Shown in pieces: positions 9,322 to 16,553 of a stretch of 64,000 bases of DNA. Positions within the stretch are counted from its first letter, which is position 1. The number at the start of each line of letters is the position of its first letter. The position numbers and the translations under genes were made by a program. This DNA is from Candidatus Rifleibacteriota bacterium. Lineage in GTDB: Bacteria > Muiribacteriota > Ozemobacteria > Ozemobacterales > Ozemobacteraceae. The stretch spans positions 192,001 to 256,000 of the forward strand of contig JADFZL010000003.1 in the NCBI GenBank assembly GCA_015232575.1, in the 5' to 3' direction. The notes under the pieces are model-generated. The model made no database searches. It worked only from the letters and a program-made list of their open reading frames with translations, and was not told where the DNA came from.

Positions 9322-10724
9322 CTCTCGAAAACGGCTTTTTCGATGATTGATGCGATATATGGAATATCGTCCTCGTCGATTGTAAGTACATCAAAAACCA
9401 GTTCGCCCTGCCTGAGTATTCCCAGTATAGGCTTTTCAACGTTGAGAAGGTTGTGAAAAACGCGCGTTGCAAAGTCAGAGCGTTTCTGTTGAGACTTTTC
9501 TGACGAAGAAATTACAACGCCGAAACTTTTAATTTCAAGGTCGGGAAGGGTGCCACCGCCGCATTTTCCGGTAGTTTCAATTATTTCGGAAGAAATATTT
9601 TTTTCCTGCAGTTTATCATACAACAGTTTGGCTTTCTGATGGAGCTGTTTGTCGGTAGAATTCAGCATGGCAAATAGAGGAAGATTTTCTGCTATTTTCT
9701 TTTCATCCAGATAACACCTGGCAACGCTTGTCAATGTAGTAATGGTAAGCTTACAGACTCGTAAAGCCCGCATCAGCGGAGCTTTACTTAATCTACCAAC
9801 CAGATCTTTCCGTCCGCAGATTATTCCGGATTGCGGTCCACCGAAAAGTTTGTCGCCGCTGAAGAGAACCAGGTCAACTCCGCTTGATAAGGCGGACTTT
9901 ACATCGGGTTCATTTGAAAGCGGTATATTTTCCGGCTTGTACAAGAGTCCCGAACCGATATCATAAACGACAATCATTCCCCTTTTTTTTGCAAGTTCGA
10001 CAAGATCATCAAGTGACACTTCTTCAGTGAAACCATTGATCGAATAATTCGATTTATGCGCCTTAAATAAAATTTTTGTGTCGGCGGTAATAGCATTTTC
10101 ATAGTCAGAAATTCGTGTTCTGTTTGTTGTTCCGACTTCAATCATTTTTGCGCCTGAAGTTCCCATGATATCAGGAATTCTGAATGAACCGCCTATTTCT
10201 ATTAATTCACCGCGTGAAACAATGACTTCTTTATTTTTTGCAAGAGTACTTAGAGTTAATATGAGTCCGGCAGCGTTATTATTTACCACCAGAGCTTCTT
10301 CTGCGCCGGTAATATACTTTAGAATGGAATTAACATGTACGCTTCGGCTTCCACGGGTACCAGTTTCAAGATTCAATTCAAGGTTGGAATATCCGGACAG
10401 TGTTTCTGTGAGTTCTTCAAATATTCTTTTCCCGATAGGTGCTCGGCCAAGGTTTGTATGAATCAGAATTCCGGTAGCATTTATAACCCTGCGCAGAGAA
10501 GGACTGGATATATCTTTCGATACCTTTATAGCTTCTTCGATAATTTCATCTGAGCCTGGAACATCATCAAACTGATCATCAAGAATGCTTTTTCTAAGGG
10601 AATCAAGTGTTGAACGAAGCGAATGTTTAATTGTTTCAGAACCATATAAAGCGACTGCCGCAGATATTTTTTCATCCTGCAGAAGCTTATCAACGCCCGG
10701 AATCAATCGGAGTTTCTCTTTCAT
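9309..10724 (-). CDS. selA: L-seryl-tRNA(Sec) selenium transferase SelA
   Basis: SelA hallmark NATGILIHTNLGRAP; PLP-enzyme. Likely start ATG 10724 (MKEKLRLIPGV). Overlaps the selB start. Confidence 0.85.
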   Translation of the reverse strand: MKEKLRLIPGVDKLLQDEKISAAVALYGSETIKHSLRSTLDSLRKSILDDQFDDVPGSDEIIEEAIKVSKDISSPSLRRVINATGILIHTNLGRAPIGKRIFEELTETLSGYSNLELNLETGTRGSRSVHVNSILKYITGAEEALVVNNNAAGLILTLSTLAKNKEVIVSRGELIEIGGSFRIPDIMGTSGAKMIEVGTTNRTRISDYENAITADTKILFKAHKSNYSINGFTEEVSLDDLVELAKKRGMIVVYDIGSGLLYKPENIPLSNEPDVKSALSSGVDLVLFSGDKLFGGPQSGIICGRKDLVGRLSKAPLMRALRVCKLTITTLTSVARCYLDEKKIAENLPLFAMLNSTDKQLHQKAKLLYDKLQEKNISSEIIETTGKCGGGTLPDLEIKSFGVVISSSEKSQQKRSDFATRVFHNLLNVEKPILGILRQGELVFDVLTIDEDDIPYIASIIEKAVFERWRT

Positions 10725-10786
10725 ATTTTCCTGAAAATAATTAAATGCAGTCAATTATTGAATGATTGCATTTCAATAAAAATCAT

Positions 10787-10878
10787 CAGAGAGGGCAGGA
10801 ATCGAACCTGCCACAGACGGTATTATCCGCCCGCTACTGGTTTTGAAGACCAGCTGAAACACCAGTCCCGTCCTCTCC
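10787..10878 (-). tRNA. selC: tRNA-Sec (selC), anticodon UCA
   Basis: Reverse complement reads GGAGAGGACGGGACUGGUGUUUCAGCUGGUCUUCAAAACCAGUAGCGGGCGGAUAAUACCGUCUGUGGCAGGUUCGAUUCCUGCCCUCUCUG. It has a CUUCAAA anticodon loop, a long variable arm, a GGUUCGAUUCC T-loop and a ~92-nt length typical of tRNA-Sec. It lies immediately upstream of selA. Confidence 0.85.
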
Positions 10879-10972
10879 ATGCTTGTCTGTTAAGCGGACA
10901 AAATACTAAATGAAAAGAAACAAAAAGTCAACGAGTATTTTAATAATGAATTGAAAGCTGAATCATGGATTA

Positions 10973-12103
10973 TTATTCTGCGTGAATAAATGTTATCAAT
11001 TCATCGGCGTGATGAAGTTCTTTTCCCGAAGCATCATAGACTCTGAATCCATCGGTATAAATGGGTGCACCCGATTTGTCAAGGTCAAACCATAGCACAT
11101 GGTTTCCAACAGTTTCCTCTGTACCATCTGGCAATAATTTCTTCAGTTTCCACTCACGACTCACAGCCACTTGTCTACCTTCTTTTTTTGCGACTTCGAG
11201 AGTGTTTACGAGTTGTCCATGAATGATTTTATTTGAAATATCAATTTCCTGAGATTCCGCACCACCGGCGGTCATAAGTGGTTTTTTGCCAAAAATCAAG
11301 GAGAAAAGATTCAAAAAACCGAAGATTGCGACAACAATTCGATACGGGAACATAATAAGATCTTTCAGTATCTCAATGAAATTAGCTGGTTCCCCGGGTT
11401 TTTTATGCGGACGTTCAATATAGTACAAATTGTTGAGGTGGTCTCCTTTAGGAAGCAGATAATCAATGTCAGGATGCTCTTTGATCGGCTTTATATCACC
11501 ATTTGCAGTATTCAACATATAAATGGCGCAGGACGAACTACTTACAACATGTCCTTCGGGAGAGCGGGCAAGTCCGGATGTCTGATAATAGATGTAAGAG
11601 CCTTGAACCCAAGGATTCTCATCAATACAGTCCCCGGAAGTAATCACCCTGACATCTTTTCCTTCTTCGTTCATTTTAATCAGATGAATTGAAGCGTCAC
11701 GATTTACTTGCGTCGTGATTATCTTATTGTCTTCCTGAAGAAAAAATCCGTGAGGATCAAACTCTTCGCGATGAAACAGCCGAATCTCCTTATTTTCCCT
11801 GGTATCAAAGTAAAAAAGGCCCCGTGCTTTGCTCATTGCTAAAATGTAATACAGGCGTTCTCCAGATTTCCAACAGGCTCTGAATTGAGGGCGACTGGAA
11901 GAAAATTGTTGCTGTCTGGCTCCCCACAAAAGGGACCTTGATACCAAAGCTTCCCCTTCTGAAGCTTCACCAGAAGCCTTCCATGACTGTTTCTCCCATT
12001 GCTTTTTCTCAATTTCTGCTTTTTCAATTGCGAAAGAGCTCAGAATCTCAGTATCGCTAGAATTCAGAATTTGAAAAAGGGAATTGTTTTTGATTACATA
12101 CAT
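10973..12103 (-). CDS. Hypothetical protein (376 aa)
   Basis: Long ORF with no recognisable motifs; possibly a beta-propeller-like fold. Confidence 0.4.
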   Translation of the reverse strand: MYVIKNNSLFQILNSSDTEILSSFAIEKAEIEKKQWEKQSWKASGEASEGEALVSRSLLWGARQQQFSSSRPQFRACWKSGERLYYILAMSKARGLFYFDTRENKEIRLFHREEFDPHGFFLQEDNKIITTQVNRDASIHLIKMNEEGKDVRVITSGDCIDENPWVQGSYIYYQTSGLARSPEGHVVSSSSCAIYMLNTANGDIKPIKEHPDIDYLLPKGDHLNNLYYIERPHKKPGEPANFIEILKDLIMFPYRIVVAIFGFLNLFSLIFGKKPLMTAGGAESQEIDISNKIIHGQLVNTLEVAKKEGRQVAVSREWKLKKLLPDGTEETVGNHVLWFDLDKSGAPIYTDGFRVYDASGKELHHADELITFIHAE

Positions 12104-12271
12104 GATTTACAACCTGACATTGAAATTGTTTTTTTCGAACCATCCAATTTGTGGTTTTCCCTCCCAAAAAAAAGACAACATGGGTCTTTAAAGAAAAAAC
12201 TGTGATTGTAAATAAATTTTCAAAAAAGACAATTGCTGTTGCGCTCATCAGCTAACGGTTGACATCTATTT

Positions 12272-12550
12272 TCATACCTTCCTTGCTTTACTTCGAAATT
12301 TGGGTGTTAGAAGCGGGATTAAGCATCGTAAAGCCCTATTCACAGATTCTGAATCCGGAAAATAGGTTAGAATATCTGGTTCAATAATTACTGCTCCTTC
12401 CTTTGGAAGCACCTCTTTTAAAACAGTAATACCGTCAGCCTCATGAACAGTTATAGTATAACCAGCTTGCATGGCTCTATGATGCTTGCCACGCACTCCA
12501 CCTGTAAAATCATATTCATCGCGGATTTTTGTATCCTCTATTTCCGTCAT
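12272..12550 (-). CDS. Putative BrnA-like antitoxin (partner of BrnT)
   Basis: 92-aa ORF starting at an ATG immediately after the BrnT TAA stop (TAAATG). This is the classic brnT-brnA order. Confidence 0.5.
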   Translation of the reverse strand: MTEIEDTKIRDEYDFTGGVRGKHHRAMQAGYTITVHEADGITVLKEVLPKEGAVIIEPDILTYFPDSESVNRALRCLIPLLTPKFRSKARKV

Positions 12551-12835
12551 TTAAATACTCCTTTCTTCATAAAATCTTCGCTCTGATGGGGTTGCCTTAC
12601 GGCAACTGATGATGCGTATTTGCGACTTGCGTTCAGTATAAACTACGACCAGCACGCGATTTTTGTCAGAGTCACCGATGTCAATAAGTCGCTGCTCAAC
12701 TTCCGAGTGATCAGGATCGGTCATCGTTATTGAAAAAGGATCAAGAAAGACCGTGGTCGCTTCATCAAAACCAACCCCGTGCTTTTTGAGATTCTTTTTG
12801 GCCTTTTCTCCATCCCATTCAAAGTTAATTTTCAT
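12551..12835 (-). CDS. brnT: BrnT-family toxin (DUF497, RelE/ParE-fold ribonuclease)
   Basis: 94 aa. The WDxxKxxxNxxKHGV N-terminus is characteristic of BrnT. Confidence 0.7.
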   Translation of the reverse strand: MKINFEWDGEKAKKNLKKHGVGFDEATTVFLDPFSITMTDPDHSEVEQRLIDIGDSDKNRVLVVVYTERKSQIRIISCRKATPSERRFYEERSI

Positions 12836-13265
12836 ATCAATACCTTAAAATTTTTCGGCTTTATTTCTTAATTGGAGCATCTGACAAAGCGGTCTATCCT
12901 TTTTACCAATGGGCCATAATCCTAAATTCTGATTCAAGATTTATTTTAATATTATAATCCTGGTGGAAAAAAGAATCAAGCAACTTGTTGTGAGACGCGA
13001 GCAAACGGAGCGACCTGTTGTATGAATACGGCTCTTTGGTCTCCAACCCTGGAACAATTGAAAGATGCTTATCATTGAAGGTGTATATTTAAACTCCGAG
13101 TCCAAAAACTGAGATTGAAATTTTCTGGACAAGAAGTTATACTATCGACGATCTGACCAACCTAAAGGTATTTTCCTGCCACTGAAATCAGCTTCGTTCA
13201 ACAAAAGCTAATAGTTAGCCTATCCGATGAAGTTTACGAATGTAGTTTAATAAAAGGAGGTTAGT

Positions 13266-13517
13266 ATGCCAAATGAAGCTAAAGTCTATCAACAGGATTT
13301 GATCAAGGAGATCAAATCTATTCCTCCAGAATATTTTCCCAATCTGTTACAAATGATTCGGATTTTTCGAGAAACTGCATTTTTCAACTCATTATCTCAA
13401 AAAAAAACAAGCATTAAACAAAATCGGTATCCATTGAGAGGTCTCCCATTTAAATATTTTGAACCAATGGAAGCCGTTGCCATTGATGATTGGGAGACAC
13501 TTTTAGATCGTACTTGA
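13266..13517 (+). CDS. Small hypothetical protein, possibly an orphan antitoxin-like protein
   Basis: 83 aa; RBS AAGGAGG upstream. No partner gene is evident. Confidence 0.3.
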   Translation: MPNEAKVYQQDLIKEIKSIPPEYFPNLLQMIRIFRETAFFNSLSQKKTSIKQNRYPLRGLPFKYFEPMEAVAIDDWETLLDRT

Positions 13518-13602
13518 CGTGATACCAGGTGAAAAAAAACATATGTAAAACGTAAAGTAACTGGACTAGCGTTTCTGTGAATGAACAAGCGCCTGTGATG
13601 AA

Positions 13603-13938
13603 ATGATCATTCACAATGGTCGGAAAGTTTTGAAAATGAAAATTATTTTGGCTCTTTCTGGTACAATTCATGGGTATTTTGCTGGTCTTCTTTCAACAGT
13701 GCTTTTTTTTGTATATCTTAAGAAGAAGGTTGAGCCGGTTGCGTTTATTATGGGACTTATGACAATAGCGCTCGTATACGGTTTTTGCTTTGTAATTTCC
13801 TTCGCTCTTGTTAAAGGCGGAAGCAGTCTATTTGGTTTTCAAAGCATGAATAATCAGGAGATTTTAAAATATACGGGTTGTTTTTTTCTTCCGGTGTGTT
13901 GCATTTTCAGCATCTACATTCATTTTTTTGGTAAGTAA
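13603..13938 (+). CDS. Small membrane protein, hypothetical
   Basis: Three predicted hydrophobic helices. Confidence 0.35.
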   Translation: MIIHNGRKVLKMKIILALSGTIHGYFAGLLSTVLFFVYLKKKVEPVAFIMGLMTIALVYGFCFVISFALVKGGSSLFGFQSMNNQEILKYTGCFFLPVCCIFSIYIHFFGK

Positions 13939-13945
13939 TCATCAG

Positions 13946-15133
13946 TTAGTTCCAGAGCCAACCTTTTTTTTCCCAAAGCTCGTGCATGAAATCCTGCCAG
14001 GGATAGATGCGAATGTTTTCTTCTTCTAAATGTCGGCAATGTGGTTCACAGGAAACTACAATCAGCTTCTTGACGACTTGTTCGGAACCCAGCTTTTTGA
14101 GACCATCTAAGTGGCGATTTGTAATTCGTTCGCTCGCTTTTACTTCGATACCCCAGCGTTTGCCTACGATGAAGTCCACTTCAACTTCACCTTTTTCAGT
14201 GCGCCAGAGACCGATTTCTGTCTGAGGTTCGAAATAGTCTAAAAAAGCACGTAATTCTAAAAAAATGAAGTGTTCAAAAAAAGATCCGAAATCAGAACTT
14301 GCTGGAACAATTTTTTCCAATCTGCGCAGGAATCTTACGACTCCCATGTCAGAAAGATAAAACTTCGAAGAACCAGCAGATTTCCGTTTGACTGAGGCAC
14401 GAAATGGTTGCAATTCAAAGCCCAGCATAGTGTCTTTGAGAATCTGAAAATAGTTACTCACGGTTTGTCGGTTTATGCCAGTATCGCTTGCAATTGATGA
14501 ATAATTCAATATTTGCCCATTGCAGGAAGCTGCAACCTCCAAAAATCGTGCAAATGATGGTAGATTTCTTACAAGTCCTTCTGCAGCAATTTCCTCGGTA
14601 AGATATTGTCCGACGTATGATGCAAGATCTTCATCCGGTAAGCGTGAAAGATAGTGTGGCGGAAGAGTGCCATTGTGAATTGCGTGTTTCAGATCAAAAT
14701 TGGGTAGTTCAGAACACGAGAATCCATGTAAATGACGCATTCTCGCACGTCCACCCAACAGATTAGAACCCGCTCGCTTTAGTTTGCGAGCGCTGGAACC
14801 AGACATTATAAATCTTGTATTCTTATTCTCAATCAGCCAGTGAATTTCATCCAGAAGTTCCGGAATTTTCTGTATTTCGTCAATAATTACCAGGCCGCTT
14901 TCGTTATTCGATGCCGCGAGACGCTCTCTAAGAAGAGTTGGGTTCCGCTGGAATTCAAGAAATTCTGCCCGATCAAGTAAATCAACGAATAAAACAGGCT
15001 TTTCGCTCAGTTGATGTTTAAGAAAAGATGATTTACCTGCTTGTCGCGGTGCAAAAAGAAAACAAGACCTGTCAAAAATAAGATCATCAATATTCAAGGA
15101 TCTTTTATAATAGGTTTTATTATTATTTCCCAT
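13946..15133 (-). CDS. AAA+ ATPase of the DUF4143 (COG1373) family
   Basis: Walker A (APRQAGKS), Walker B (LVIIDEIQ) and the C-terminal DUF4143-like region. Confidence 0.7.
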   Translation of the reverse strand: MGNNNKTYYKRSLNIDDLIFDRSCFLFAPRQAGKSSFLKHQLSEKPVLFVDLLDRAEFLEFQRNPTLLRERLAASNNESGLVIIDEIQKIPELLDEIHWLIENKNTRFIMSGSSARKLKRAGSNLLGGRARMRHLHGFSCSELPNFDLKHAIHNGTLPPHYLSRLPDEDLASYVGQYLTEEIAAEGLVRNLPSFARFLEVAASCNGQILNYSSIASDTGINRQTVSNYFQILKDTMLGFELQPFRASVKRKSAGSSKFYLSDMGVVRFLRRLEKIVPASSDFGSFFEHFIFLELRAFLDYFEPQTEIGLWRTEKGEVEVDFIVGKRWGIEVKASERITNRHLDGLKKLGSEQVVKKLIVVSCEPHCRHLEEENIRIYPWQDFMHELWEKKGWLWN

Positions 15134-15421
15134 TCTTTCTCCGTAAATATTAACATCATTTATGCAATCTATGTTAGCGCTTTTTCCGAAAAAATGCTAA
15201 CATAAATGTTAAAATAGTTAAAAAAAATAACAATTTATGTTAATCTTTTGATTGCAAGTGTTTGTTAAATTTGGATTATCAATGTAAGTTTGCATTTTTA
15301 CAGAGTTCCATGAGGGACTTTTGACTTTCCTGAAAAAGGATGATAAATTTTTTAGAAGAGCGTTAGGCTTTTCTGTATAATAATTTATTGTAAAAGAAAT
15401 CATCAGAAAAAGGACATTATT

Positions 15422-15631
15422 ATGAAATACGGTGCTAGAAACAAAATTGAGGCTAAAGTAAAGACGATTCAAAAAGGAGATATTATGTCTCTGGTCAAGT
15501 TTGACAATATTTCGGCGGCTGAAATGGCTTCTGTTCTCACAACCGAATCTGTTGAATACATGAATTTAAAGCCAGGCGACAAGATTGAGCTGGTAATAAA
15601 AGCAATTCATGTATTGCCAGTAAAAGAATAG
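15422..15631 (+). CDS. mop: TOBE-domain molybdopterin-binding (Mop-like) protein
   Basis: 69 aa. SARNxxxxxV-type TOBE fold start (GARNKIEAKV). Confidence 0.7.
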   Translation: MKYGARNKIEAKVKTIQKGDIMSLVKFDNISAAEMASVLTTESVEYMNLKPGDKIELVIKAIHVLPVKE

Positions 15632-15632
15632 C

Positions 15633-16247
15633 ATGGCAAAAACCGTTGATGCACGCGGATTAGCTTGTCCTCAGCCCGTTCTTCTGGCGAAAAAAGCCAT
15701 TGAGGAAAATGAGGAAGTCAAAATTCTTGTTGACAACGAGACAGCGGTTGAAAACATCCTCAGAATTGCTGCCAAAATGAACTGCAAGGTTCAAGTGAGT
15801 GAATCGCAGGGAAACACTCGGGAAGTAATGATAAAACGATCAACTGAAACATCTGTTTCAGTTATTGCTGAATCTGAAAAAGCGTGTATTGCAGATTCTG
15901 TGAAAAACAAGCGTAAGGTAGTGATTGTTTTGTCAGATAATTGTATGGGTAGGGGCGACGATCAATTAGGGGATATTCTGATTCGAAGTTTTCTGCATAC
16001 GATTTCAGAAATGTCTGTTAAACCAGCAAAGATAATATGCTACAATGCAGGTGTAAAGCTCGCAGCAAAGGGTTCGTCCGTAATTGATGACCTTCGCCGA
16101 CTGTCGGAAGTTGGGGTAGAAATTCTTGTTTGCGGAACCTGCGTTAAATTTTATGATATTGCCGATCAGATTGGTGTGGGGATTATTTCAAATATGTATG
16201 ATATTGCTGATTCTCTAACAAATGCAGATCATGTCCTCAAACCTTGA
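15633..16247 (+). CDS. yedF: Selenium metabolism protein YedF (long form: TusA-like N-domain + DsrE-like C-domain)
   Basis: N-terminal GLACPQP TusA motif and a C-terminal DsrE/DsrF-like domain. ~200 aa, matching the selenium-associated YedF architecture. Confidence 0.7.
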   Translation: MAKTVDARGLACPQPVLLAKKAIEENEEVKILVDNETAVENILRIAAKMNCKVQVSESQGNTREVMIKRSTETSVSVIAESEKACIADSVKNKRKVVIVLSDNCMGRGDDQLGDILIRSFLHTISEMSVKPAKIICYNAGVKLAAKGSSVIDDLRRLSEVGVEILVCGTCVKFYDIADQIGVGIISNMYDIADSLTNADHVLKP

Positions 16248-16473
16248 CTTGCACGATGATGCTTTTGTCGTGTTTCTATTTCAGTCTATTACCAGCACTT
16301 TAAAAGCAGAAAAGATTCTCAAAAATACAAATATACCACATAAGCTGATTCCAGTTCCGCGCCATTTAAGTTCTGATTGCGGTGTATGTCTCCGAATAGA
16401 CAAGAATCAAAGAGAAAATGTAATCCTAGTCTTAAAAGGTTTTGTTGAGTGGGAAAAAGAAGAAGTTCTCTAA
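16222..16473 (+). CDS. DUF3343-family small protein (second copy)
   Basis: SSDCGV motif. Paralogue of 4402..4638. Confidence 0.6.
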   Translation: MQIMSSNLDLHDDAFVVFLFQSITSTLKAEKILKNTNIPHKLIPVPRHLSSDCGVCLRIDKNQRENVILVLKGFVEWEKEEVL

Positions 16474-16493
16474 GAGCGTTTGAAACATATCTT

Positions 16494-16544
16494 AAACAAA
16501 AACGCACAGGAATGAAACCTATTTCGTGTGCGTTTTTGTTTTAA
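16494..16544. terminator. Bidirectional intrinsic terminator (AACGCACA...TGTGCGTT flanked by A-run and T-run)
   Basis: Inverted repeat with flanking homopolymer runs, lying between the convergent DUF3343 (+) and fdhA-Cys (-) genes. Confidence 0.6.
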
Positions 16545-16553
16545 TGAAAAATG

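Noticed and set aside
12548-12553. BrnT and the downstream ORF are in the same frame and directly abutting, suggesting a stop-codon read-through fusion
   Set aside because: The intervening codon is TAA, not TGA, and is immediately followed by ATG. This is a classic two-gene toxin-antitoxin arrangement.
13518-13602. Possible truncated toxin gene immediately after the 83-aa antitoxin-like ORF
   Set aside because: Only an ~9-codon open stretch (VIPGEKKHM*) exists, too short to assign.
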